Part shown: piece by piece, positions 1-11,911 of the stretch | How positions within the stretch are numbered: position 1 is the first letter of the stretch | How the letters are laid out: every line of letters begins with the position of its first letter | Source of the DNA: Mytilus edulis | Taxonomy: Eukaryota | Direction of reading: 5' to 3' | Assembly (NCBI RefSeq): GCF_963676685.1 | Contig: NC_092351.1 | Span: 44,454,001-44,518,000 of the forward strand | DNA: 64,000 nt | Position numbers and translations under genes: made by a program | The notes under the pieces: model-generated | Seen by the model: the letters and a program-made list of their open reading frames with translations, nothing else | What the model was told of the DNA's origin: nothing | Databases searched by the model: none

Positions 1-164
1 ACATTTTCAGTAAGATATATTTATCCACTTTCAAGTATTTTTTATCATCAAGCTATTACAAGTTTTATTAGAAAGTCCTATGATGTTGTCTGAACACTTT
101 GTGCATTTATTTGTTACACTAAAAATTTGATGATTTATATGAAATTCTTAATTTTATGTACTAG

Positions 165-302
165 AGTTGGAGTACTGGTACAAATTTAAAGAAGTTTATG
201 AATATCTACAATAACGGAAAATGTGCTCAGTGTGACGGTTAAGTGGTGATATGTAGACTTGGTGAAGATAATGATAGAATGACATACTTCTGTGGACAAT
301 GC
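165..302 (+). pseudogene. NEIL3: Decayed NEIL3 exon encoding the Fpg/Nei C4 zinc finger (second, broken copy)
   Basis: After acceptor ctag (161-164) the frame reads SWSTGTNLKKFMNIYNNGKCAQCDG*VVICRLGEDNDRMTYFCGQC. This matches the NEIL3 segment CRKAGLALSKHYKVYKRPNCGQCHCRITVCRFGDNNRMTYFCPHCQ (human, recalled). In-frame TAA at 240-242; homology ends at a SINE at about 303. Confidence 0.85.
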
Positions 303-545
303 CTTGACACCATTTGCGAGTATGGTCTGTAGGAAACGATGATAGTCCATCGGAAAGGGACGATAAATGGCTGACCCGTGTTAAGAAAGAGCCATATCTT
401 TTGCACGTTAAAGACACCTTTGTAGATTTCGAAAAAGAGCAGGCTAATGCCACTACAAGGCAGCACTCCCACCAGCAAAGTGGAAAGGGATTAATATAAG
501 TTGCAAAACTTGTTTCCCAATCCACTATAAAGAAATATGTTTAAA
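303..545 (+). mobile_element. 5'-truncated SINE with Nin/Deu-type core
   Basis: gtccatcggaaagggacgataaa...gcacgttaaagacacc...ttcgaaaaagagcagg resembles the Deu/Nin SINE core (TTCGGATGAGACGTAAAA...TTAAAGATCCC...AAGAGTAGG), recalled from memory. No tRNA-like head is present. Confidence 0.55.
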
Positions 546-859
546 TTAATTCCAAGATAACAACCTCAAACAAAAACAAACAAGGTAAAGTCAACACTTT
601 ATTTTCCAAAAATCAACAACAACTTTACAGAATAAACGTTATTACAGAATCAGACCTGCCAATTTTCATGGATTTCATAATTACCCAGGAACCACTAATT
701 CCAATATACAATGAATTACAAATTTTCTATACGAATGTATGTAAACTTTAAACAAAAACTTGAAATCAAATATCCACGAAAGTTTTTCTCAAGCCAGGAA
801 AATTTAAAAACACTGAAATAAATGATTCCACAGAATCCAATGTTTGTAAAACCTCTCTA

Positions 860-1150
860 TTTTCATGTCTCAACCTGAATCCATATATTGGCATCGTAAA
901 ACAGGTAAAAATACTGATTTTCACAGAATCTACATCATCAAACTGCTTTTTACCTATTTTGATTTTCACTTCTAGCGTGTATAGGACTTCACCAACTTGG
1001 AGCACCTTTCAATACCAAGAAGGATAACTCCAAATTTATCCATAATCATATTACTGATACACTAACTCAAAATATGTTTCCTCCTTCTGACGTTAGGACA
1101 TTTAGGTTAGGTCTTTTGAGTCATGGTACAAAGGTAAGAAGATTTTTTAT
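860..1150. repeat. Diverged interspersed repeat; inverted partner at about 5350-5613
   Basis: tttgagtcatggtacaaaggtaagaa pairs with ttcttatcttggtaccatgactcaaaag; ttcatgtctcaacctgaat pairs with attctgtttgagacatgaa. Confidence 0.65.
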
Positions 1151-1925
1151 GGGAGGGGGGTTTTCATTTTGTATTCTTATTTTTTTATTGAGTTATTATG
1201 CCAATTAATAAGTACAAGTATATGCAAAAACAAGACTTCTTTTAAAAAAAATAAGCTGTGGTATGGTTGCAAATGAGACAACTCTCAACAAGAGACAAAA
1301 TTTCACAGAAATTTACAACTATATATCACTGTAGGGCCTTCAACAATTAGCAACGCCCATACCGCATAGTCAGCTATAAAAGGCCCTGAGATGACAAATG
1401 TAAAATAACTCAAATGAGAAATAATGGTCTAATTTAAGTACAAAAAATGAACGAAAAATAAAAATGTAACACATCAACAAACAACAACCACTGAATACAG
1501 TCTCCTATCAGACTTTGTACAGGCACATAAATACAGAATGTGGCAGGGTTAAACATGCTAGCTCATCAGTAAAATCAGAAAGTAAAGAGTAAATATATGA
1601 CTCTTTTAAACAAAAAAGCAGTGATCGCAGTAAAGCCGCAAAATCAAAACTGTTAAGATTTTTGGCTACATATCTCTATTCAAAATTGTTTAACAAATGT
1701 TTTCTAATTTTTTAGAACTTTATCTAAATTGAATTTAGGAAATCTATTCTCTCTCTATTTACATCTCAAAATATTCATTACAGACAAATTCAATACTTTT
1801 ATTGCCATATTCACATATAATAATTAGTTTGTGACAAAAATAATAAGCAAAAAACAACAGAATAATCCAAGAAATTAACAAAATAGTTGTTTCGGAAATC
1901 ATATTTGTAGTTAATTATAATAGAT

Positions 1926-2009
1926 TGTACCACTTTGTTATCGAAAACTAATGTGTACCACTTTCTTATCGAAAACTAATGTGTACCACTTTGTTATCGA
2001 AAACTAATG
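1926..2009. repeat. 28-bp tandem repeat, 3 copies
   Basis: tgtaccactttgttatcgaaaactaatg at 1926, 1954 and 1982, with one mismatch. Confidence 0.95.
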
Positions 2010-2246
2010 TAAAAGAATAGTTACATGTACATCATTGTATTGTTACATCTAGAAGAAAACAAGCTTGTTAAATTACTAGCTTAAAGTTCCTATAAACATA
2101 TCATTGGTATACCTGCCAACTGTCATTCCCAATTAGTATTTGAAAAGCAATGTTGTCTACAATTTAGAACAAAACAATCAACTTTACCACGGGTATAGGA
2201 TTGTAAAAAAAGAAAAAGCAAATAAACAACATTATAAACTGTTATT

Positions 2247-3274
2247 ACAGAGGTATGTGTCGCTTTTTGCTAATTTCGATAATGCAAATGCTGAAATTAA
2301 AATAGCAACTCTTTAACATGCAAGTTTGGCAAATATTGAAAGTCAATACACCATGACTGAAGTTACATGACGAAGCAATCTCCATGGAAATACAACTGCA
2401 TACCAAATACCTTTGACTTTTTATAAGTAGTTCCCTTCAAACAAACCTAAACACAACTTTATACCTATAAACTAAGCAAAATTTCAAAGTCAATTAACAA
2501 TAACTGAGGGTCCGTGGTATAAAATCTCCATGGAAATGTGATGTACTAAAGCTAATTCAACTGCAAACCAAATATCATTGATCTACCACTAGTGGTTCCC
2601 CATAAACTTACCTAATAGCAAACTAATACATGAAAACTAAGCAAAGGTTTCAAAGTCAAAAGACCATGACTGAGGGGGCGGGGCAAAATAATATCCATGA
2701 AAATGAGATATGCAAATACTTATACAACTGCATACCAATTACCATTAACTTACCACTAGTGTTTGCCAATAAACTGACCTAATCACAAACCATACGTGAA
2801 AATTTAGCAAATATTTCAGTCTATAGACAATGAAGGCGGGGCAAAATAATCTCCATGGAAATGAGATATGCGAATGCTATATACACCTGCATACCAGCAA
2901 ATATCATGATCTAATTACTTACCACCAGTTGTTCCCAAAAACTGACCTTATCACAAACTTAGTGAAAACCAAGCAAAAAAGTCAATAGACCATGTCTGAG
3001 GGGGACGGTACATAGAAATCTACATTGAAATGAGATATGCGAATGCTTATACAACTGCATACCAATTACTTAGTACCATTAACTTACCACTAGTGTTCCC
3101 CATATACTCACCTTATCACAAACTAATATATGAAAACCAAGCAAACGTTTTGAAGTCAACAGACCATAACTGACGGGCCGGGGCCCAAAAATCTTCATGG
3201 TGATGAGATGTGCAAATTCTTATACAACAGCATACCTATGTCTTGCTTTTTGACTGCGTCAAGCGAGACAAAAA
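2247..3274 (+). mobile_element. Helentron-associated (HINE/pearl-like) element with about 6 tandem ~160-bp satellite units
   Basis: Repeating gtcaatagaccatgactgagggg...ctccatggaaatgagat...caactgcatacca units. Terminal hairpin tgtcttgctttttgactgcgtcaagcgagaca followed by an A-run. Confidence 0.7.
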
Positions 3275-6200
3275 TGAATTTGAAACCTCCTTTAAGGGTT
3301 TTGAATGAATTTGAGAGCCATCTTGCACGTTAAAACCTATGGGCATTTTGAATGTTGACAGGTATGCATTTGCATAATCAGAGGTTAATACATATTTATT
3401 TATAATAACGCAAAGGAACAATTGATTACAATGCCTATGATGTACAATCATTATTTTACCTTAATAAGAAAGGAAGTTACTAGAAATGATATATGATCCC
3501 AATTAGTGGCTGACATCCAATGTTTTATGACCCTGAATAAATTATCACCTTTTGATGAAGAACAAAGCAGATGATGACCTTCATTCAGAGTATGTCACAT
3601 GTTGTACTGTACACAGGTTGTAATGTCTAAAGGTATAGTGAAAATGCATTGATTTTTTTATTATTATTAATAACACAAGTTTTTATTTCAAAATTTCGAC
3701 TTATTTTATGAATGTCATTGTAAAAGAAGACCTTTTCAATTTTGGTATAGGAATATTTGATTTTGTCTTAATAGAATACAGGAATTTAGGTAAGCTATTT
3801 TTTTTTATATTTCACTTCGATTCAACTGTTTTCTATAATTTTAGCTCGGAATTGAATTAATGAATTTCATTTAACTATGTATCTGTCCTATTACAATTTT
3901 ACATATAAAGAAAAGCAAACATTTCGGACTTTAAAGTACATTGTATTTCAAAAAATGTAATCAATTTTCATCAATTTGTCTATGTTGCAAATTTCTTAAA
4001 TGGAAGCTGTATTCCATTTTGTTTAAATTTCATTTCAATAGTACCGGTTAGCAACAATATATTTTCTAATTTGTTTTAAAAACAAAATAACTGATCATGA
4101 ATGAAGACTTGATACGAACCTTTAAAAAATTCCACTGTTTTGATCTTGGAAGACTGCAACTAAAAAAAACCATCTGAGATAGTTATCTCCCTTTTTGCGT
4201 ACTTCTGTCATATAGCATTTCTGTTTTTGCCCAGGACAAGGGGAATCTTACTGATAAGAACATCTAGTTTTGCATTATTTTTGACATCTTTGTCTATTTT
4301 AAGTCTTTTAAGGTACTTGAGGTTTTCTTTTTTGATAATTTGCAGTTAAGTTTATAAGATTGTCTTTTGTTCCATTCGTCAAATTAGCGACAGCTTTACC
4401 TGGCATAAAAGTAAAATTAAATGAATATATAGGATCATTTACAAAAAAGGGGATTAGGTTCATGTATGCTTCAAAGGTTTTATCAGTAAAAAAAATCCTT
4501 TTTCATCTGTTCATATTAAACTTATTCACTAAAAAAAAACATGAATAAAAGTCAATATACATATGCTTGAAGGAACATACTTTAGTCTATAATTACACTA
4601 CTGACACTAATTTTCCTTCTGTTGATACACATAACATATTTATGGGGAACATGAGATTGGAAAATATATGGTTAGATAAGGGTCAGCAGTCATAAGTTTG
4701 AAATCAGGCAGGCTTTAGTACTTTTAGTACTGTATGAACAATGACTTTAAAAAAAAAAAATTCTAAATCTATGTATGTTCGTCTCCCCTGATACACTAAT
4801 TTTCTGCCTTTTTTCTTCACATCTTGGGTAGGATTACTTTCCCTTTTAGTCATACAAGAATCACACGTGACTGCTATTGCTTTATTTACAAGGGTACAAA
4901 CCGAGCATGCCCAGTCAACTCCTTCCTGTGCTTTTATCTATGCCTTTTGACATGAAACTGTCATTTTAAATTAACATGACAAAACAAAAATATTCATAAG
5001 CCCAGCTTTAGATTTTTCTACTGAAAATTTTCAAAAGAAAAAAATCTGATTTTTTGAAAATCCATTTTAAAATTCTTGCTGCAAACTTTCTAACTTTTGA
5101 AAATTCTCATGGGGGTTTAGGTATGCAACAAGATTTTAAAGGGTTTTGATTTTTACAGCGATTCTGTGAGCCTTGTTTTTTACTCTAGAAATAGAGTAAT
5201 ACGAAGTATACTGATGCTAAGCTAAGAAGTCTTGTTTTCTTTTATTTGCATCATTCTTGATAATGTATTAATTAAATTGGCATAATAACTCAAGAATAGA
5301 CAAAAATGGCCTAAAAAATAAAGGATACAAAATGAAGACCCCTCTCTCCCTTAAAAGACCTTCTTATCTTGGTACCATGACTCAAAAGACTTAAACCTAA
5401 ATGTTATATAGTTTGACGGATGGAAACAGATCTTGAGTTCGTGTTTCAGTAATAACAAAATGATAAAATTCTAGTTATCTTTCTTTGTGTTATAATTAGG
5501 TGCTCAAAATTGACGAAAAATAGGTTACCAGCAGTTTATAAGAAAGATGCTGCTAAAATCAGGAAGTTAACCTGTTTACAATGCTGATATATGTATTCTG
5601 TTTGAGACATGAAGATCAGCATGATAATATAAAATTAAGATACTGTGAATTTATTTATTTCTGTGGGTACCAATTTTTCGTGGTTAAAGAAAACTTTTCA
5701 TTAACATTTAATTTCATATTTTTTCAAAGTTTAAATATCTTTTTATAATTCGTTGTACATTGGACTTTGTGGTTCCTAAGTAACAATGAAAACCATGAAA
5801 ATTGTATCCAATGAAAACAATGAACCCACAGTAGTTAACAGATTTGATGAAGTGTTGAATTCACCTTGGTTTTTTTTGTTTGAGGTTGTTATCCTGACAT
5901 TGTCCACAGAAGTGTGTCGTTCTATCATTTTCTTCACCAAGTCTACATATCAACACTTTACCGTCACACTGAGTACATTTTCCTTTATTGTAGATGTTCA
6001 TAAACTTCTTTAATGTTGTACCAGTACTCCTACGCTAGTATATGGAAATAGAAATTTCATAAAATCATCAAATTGTAAGTGTAATATCTAAATGCAGAGT
6101 TCTGACAATATCATTTGACTTTCTAATAAATCTTTGAAAAAGCTTGATGATCATAAATACATAAAAGTGGATGAATTTACATCTTACTGAAAAGTGTTAC

Positions 6201-6304
6201 AGATATAGCTGTTTTGCACTGTTAGCCATTAGACAGATGCCTCAGACTAGTAAAACTCATTTTAGACTAGTAAGTTGAGGCAAAATGTGTTACATTTGTA
6301 AGTA

Positions 6305-6730
6305 CTGATAGGTTAGTTGCAATTATTATCCATTGGGAAAGGAGACGTAGACGATCTGTCGTGCAAAATGCAAGACAGTTTTAATCGGTAGATGAGAAAA
6401 TAAGAGTTTTAATGACTAATTATCTACACGACGTAGCTTCTGCCTCGGTTTTTTTTTTTTTTTTTTATCTTGATTCAAATAACTCGATTGCGAGGTAAGC
6501 AATTTAATTACCAGTAAGATTTGATCTTATATGGATCATTATGTAAAGAAAAAAAAGAAACAGAACAGAAGGAAAGAAAGAAAGGAGTGTCATAACGTAA
6601 TAGCTAATAGAGCATAGTTTATCATAAAATGCTTTTTCAAACAAGAGGGATATTCTCTGTCTTGCATTTTGCACCACAGATCGCATTCTTCTCCTTTCAC
6701 AATAGATAATAATGGCAACTAACCTATCAA
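6305..6730. mobile_element. MITE with ~75-bp imperfect TIRs and TA flanks
   Basis: tgataggttagttgcaattattatc...gtgcaaaatgcaagacag pairs with ctgtcttgcattttgcac...gataataatggcaactaacctatca. Confidence 0.75.
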
Positions 6731-8284
6731 TACACTTTCACAAATAACAAATAAGATCATAATGTCTCTATAACTACTTGGAATCAGGTAAAACACTCCA
6801 TTAAAGTAGTATGTTGGGGTCTACATTAAAATCCATAGATCTTTTTAAAAACTTGTGTCAAAATGTAGTTTAAAAAGGCATCAGTAGTATACCGCTGTTC
6901 AATAGTCTTAAATCGATTTAACTAAAACATATACAGGTCAAAAATTAAAACCGAAGAAACACATCAATTATAAGAGGAAAACAACGGAACAGCATAAACA
7001 GTGAACTGCTACAAAAACAAACGCCAACATACATGGAAACGGACCATGATAGTATGGATCACCGGGCTTTTTTTCACGATAAAGGTTGTGCAAAATTGTC
7101 AGATTTTGTATAGATTATGCATGGAACCCCCAATTGTGTGTGATAAAAAGAAAACTACACCATATAATTGTGATAAAATATGAAAAGATATCTCTAATAA
7201 TATGCTTTCAGATAAGAAAAGGAAAAAATTAGGTCAGCGGACTCATTTTCTCGCTCTATAATAAAATAGGTAAATTCACAACACATTCTATTATAAAAGT
7301 TACTTTATCTGGGTTATATCCCCTTATGTGGCAAAGTTGAAAAAGAATGAACCTAAAATATATTTCCTGTTTTTTGTAAAATATGATAAAACACATAATT
7401 TCTATATTAATATGAAAACTCTTACACATGAATTACATACTGCTCTCGAAATTAGCACATTTCGATAAAGATTTAGACCGATAGTTATCTGCTATTTCAA
7501 AATCTTAATGACGATTCTCAGTATTGTACTTGTACTTGTTAATTTTATGAGAGTTAATGATTTGACATTTTTAAGTTTGATGGTGATTTATGTTTTTTGT
7601 CCAGTTAAAAAAAACTATAAAAATCGCAGTCTTAAAATTTCATTATTCCAATATATATACAAAGAGATGCTGTACGATTCCCGATGAGACAACTACCAAA
7701 GTGTGTATAATTTCGCATTTTTAACTTTCTAATACCCACACTTTAACAAGCCTGATGTACAATGTTCGAGAAACACGTTTCTTTAATTAAAACATATGAT
7801 GTTAAATTTATGATATTTAAATCAAAAACAAATATGTTATGTAACATACCAAATGAAAACATTTCAGCAACTGTTTCAAATATACATATTGGATAAAAGA
7901 AATTTAAAGACTGCGAATTTTGTTTTTTTTTTGTTTTTTTTTTTATTGTTTTTTTTTTTGGTGGGGATGATACAATGCTGAGACAGAGCATAAATTGCAA
8001 ATGGCTGTGATATTGTTATACCTCTCACTATTTTTATCTGAGAAACTTTTAACAAAGATGCAACTTCATAGAACACGGGATTTCCATTCTATATTGAATG
8101 TGAAAATATGTAATCTGTGCTTACGTTCTAAATTTTGATCGAAACAATTATCACGTGCAACATTCGATACAAAAACATGCAATTTACATTTACCAAGGAC
8201 GAGTATATGATACTGATGTCGTGATTTTATACGAACACATAATATCCCTTTACAGCATTAGCAACATAATACATTTATAGTGAA

Positions 8285-8970
8285 ACGGGGAATACTTGTG
8301 TAAAGTGCAGAAAAGTCAATTTTTTAAATACTATTGCAAGATAGAAACTTAGATTGTATGTACTCTAAAAGATCTTTTGATTTTTTTAGTATCCACATCT
8401 GATTCACGCCACCTCTAGAATAGGTGGTTTCACAATAACTTTGAAGCCCGTCTTTGATTGTTGATAAAATTGATGTTAATAATTTAGAAAGAGGTTTCGT
8501 GGAGCACTCGCAAGACCCAGAAATATACCCTTGGTTGTTAGTTTAAGTATCCAATACAGCGATAGAAGATCTAGTTCTATATCTTTGGTCGAAATTGCAA
8601 AGGAACATGGAAAAGAACCCATGATTATCAGTATATTTTCTTTAGTAAGTCTCGTGTGTGTATATCTTGAGTTTCCTAGTAAATTGTCAATATCTAATTC
8701 GTTTATCAAGCAGTTTATATAATGTTATTTGCACATAAAACGATGTTGTTTAGGGCTTTATCTGCGGGGACAACACCATATTTGTCATGGAGGAAGAACA
8801 CGCGTTTTGCAACATTTGGGTCTTTAAACATTGATTTAGCATGGGTATTAATAGACCCATTGAGTTTCCTTATTTTGATTTGTATTAACAATCTCGCAGC
8901 CTTAATCCGTTCGGAAAGAGTATCTACGTCTTCTTTCTCGCGTTTAGCCCATTGCCTGCCATAATCCTTG
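8285..8970 (-). mobile_element. Penelope-like retroelement reverse-transcriptase relic
   Basis: Minus-strand fragments DLLSLYWILKL, KDGLQSYCETTYSRGGVNQMWILKK and DFSALYTSIP (PLE RT motif DF.xLYTxIP), broken by stops and frameshifts. Confidence 0.8.
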
Positions 8971-11305
8971 ACAGAAAAACGTTAGGAACATAGCCGATAT
9001 CATTAGTGAAACGGTTATTCCATAACGGTCAACCAACTCCTGATGGCGTTCGTAAAATTTACGAAGGAATGATTAGATTTAGGCGCTACTTTGGAGTTCT
9101 CTGTAAACTAAATGCACATCTGGAGTATTAAATTTGAGTATAGTTTCTTTGATGAGTTCTGATAACACGAAGAAGATATCGAACCAAACATCAGCATCAA
9201 ATAAGCAATATTAATGAAATGATAGAAAAGATGTGATAGTTTTTTTTTTCTCTTTTTATGTAACTTGAAAAATACAAGCATACATTTTGTAACATGTAGA
9301 AAATTACAAATAATACCGATAATTAGCAAACAGAGATTTCAATAACTATTTAACTCTAATTTTGTTCTTGTGGCATTTGTCTGTAATTGAATAAAAGTGA
9401 CATTACATAAACGAACACGAGATTTGGATGGGTCATATCACTTTGTAAAAATTGATACAAAATATTTCTGTTTAAAACAGAAACAATGAACTTTAAAATT
9501 TAAATCTATGTTATTCGATGCGATCATATACTTTTTTTCGTGATCATAAATGAAGTATTATCAAAACGGCTCCTAATTCGGTCATTTACAATTTGCTGAC
9601 GTAATCCTTTATGTTTATACTCTGCAAACAGAGTTTGCATTTGAATCAAAAGAGAAATTGCAGGTCATGCATGCTTTAAATACAGTAATCATAATATGCA
9701 TTTGGTTTAAGTTATTAATACAACTCCTTTTTTAATGTAAATGGTAAAAATGAATACCAAACGTACCATTATTTTTCTTCAAAACTCTTCAAACGGAGAT
9801 CAATCTGTTTGTATCTTTCTACAAAATTTTCATTTGTCATAGTTATGTTCCGGACCATATGCGTGATTGGACCATACGCGTATGGTCATGACCATATACG
9901 TGTACTCATATGGTCCGACCATACGCGTATATTTGGACAATATAGGTATATTTTTTTTTTAATAATATGCATTAGAAAACCTTATAAACAATATAATGAT
10001 GGCTACATGCAAATTTATTAGTTACAATTCAAAGGCTACATAAACATTATATTGAGGTCAAAGTTAGTTTTCAAAGCTAATTGCATTCTTGCATGTATGC
10101 ATAGGGTGACAATGACTTCCACACGGTATCATAGCTTTTATTGGGTCCAGGGTTATTCCCATGTACCTACGGTGTTTTTAAAAAGCTCTAGATTTCCAAT
10201 TTTGTAACATGACTGAATTACATCATATTACCAGACAACTTTAAAAATAAACTATTGTCCTTGTCGGTGACATAATTCATTTTTTTTTAAAACAAAACCA
10301 CGTATGAGTAACAAAATTCTGAATATTGCACTGCTAATTGTATAAAGTTTCAAAAGTAAGCAAATTATTAGACTCTTTATCCTGTCGACTTTAATGTCAG
10401 TTTATAGTATAAACAATAAAATATGTTTACTATAGTTTTGACTAGTGATGACATTAACTGTGTGAAACTGCTTTTTTTTTAGTTTTAATCTTGTTATTAT
10501 TAATTTATAATAGATATATCATAAAATGACCTTTGATAGTGTCTTTTTAATGACATAACAACTAGAAGGGCTATATGAAGTGTTTAATATTAAAAGTAAA
10601 CATGTTAATTAAATAATCTTATTGGAATGATAGAAGAGTATAGAGTGAAAAGCCAATTTTACTTACCCCTTAACATAATACTAGCAGAATATAAGATACA
10701 CGTCCGATACGTAAATATTAAATTAAAATCAAAAGCAGACAAAAGTACCACAAAACTCATTGACAAACCGAATGTTCGGAACTCGAAAGTTATTAGTTTA
10801 TAAAACTTTATGAACTTTGCATTCGATGGAAAAACATATATTCGCTAGAGATTACAAGAAAACCATATGGCTGTATAAAATCCAAGCCGCCAAAAACTAA
10901 GAATAATACATGACGTATGATCCCAAAACAGATACATAGAAGATTCTTCATAAATAGTATATCAATACATGTATGCAGTACAAAATTCATTATAACATTT
11001 CCGAAAGCAAATAACATGCAACACTATCATATTCAAAACTAGCAGATATGATTGATATCACAATAAATTTGAAAGAAGGGATTGCTTTTTCTGAACGTTT
11101 TGATACAAGCTCGATTGTAAACTGAACGTGCGTTTGACGAAGTAAACTTATAAGCCTGGTATCAAACAAAATGAAAATGAAACAACACCTTTGGAGGGGC
11201 ACGTTTTACACCCACGTTTTCTATCATATCTTTTTATTTTTCTTCTTTAATGAGTTCAACATCCTTTGAAACGGAAATGTTGTTAATTTCAGATAATTTT
11301 AAGCA

Positions 11306-11911
11306 TTTTTACCTCACCTGACCTGAAAGGCCAAAATCATCATTCGGGTATCTAGTTTTAAAATTTTGTCCGGTGACCCGGTCAGCAACCAAGATGACCG
11401 CCATGGCTAAAAATAGAACATATGGGTAAAATGCAGTTTTTGGCTTATAACTCAAAAATCTGACGGGGTTAAATTGTTTATCATGTCAAGATCTATCTGC
11501 CCTAAAATTGTTAGATGAATCGGACAACCCGTTGTTAGGTTGATGCCCCTGAATTGGTAATTTTAAGGAAATTTGGCTGTTTTTGGTTGTTATCTTGAAT
11601 ATTATATTTTATAGAGATAAACTGTGAACAGCAATAATGTTCAGCAAAGTAAGATCCACAAATAAGTCAACGAAACCAAAAAGGTCAGTTGATCCCTTAA
11701 GAGGAGTTATTGCCTTTTATAGTCAATTTTTAATAATTTTGTAAATTTTGTAAATTTTTGTAATAAAATATTTTCCTCTGTAACTAATGGGCCAAGTTCA
11801 TTATAAATTGAGGAAAAAAGATCATTGTAAGAGGCAAGAATGTTCAGTAAAGTAAGATCTACAAACACATCACCATCACCAAAACACAATTTTGTCTCTT
11901 AAGAGCCTCTA
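11306..11911. mobile_element. Short, older copy of the HINE-like family seen at 57219-59117
   Basis: Shares ctcacctg...aaggcc start, ggctaaaaatagaacata, gcccctgaattggtaattttaaggaa and the aagagcctct end with the 57-59 kb element. Confidence 0.75.

Noticed and set aside
196-525. 109-aa and overlapping short ORFs
   Set aside because: Antisense or off-frame readings across the NEIL3 pseudo-exon and the SINE; no recognisable protein.
976-1133. Candidate exon (tag...AAG/GTAAGA, open frame CIGLHQLGAPFNTKKD...LSHGTK)
   Set aside because: Lies inside a repeat whose inverted copy is frameshifted and lacks the GT; I recognise no similarity to NEIL3 or any other protein.
1926-2009. CRISPR-sized 28-bp repeats
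   Set aside because: Head-to-tail with no spacers, in eukaryotic DNA.
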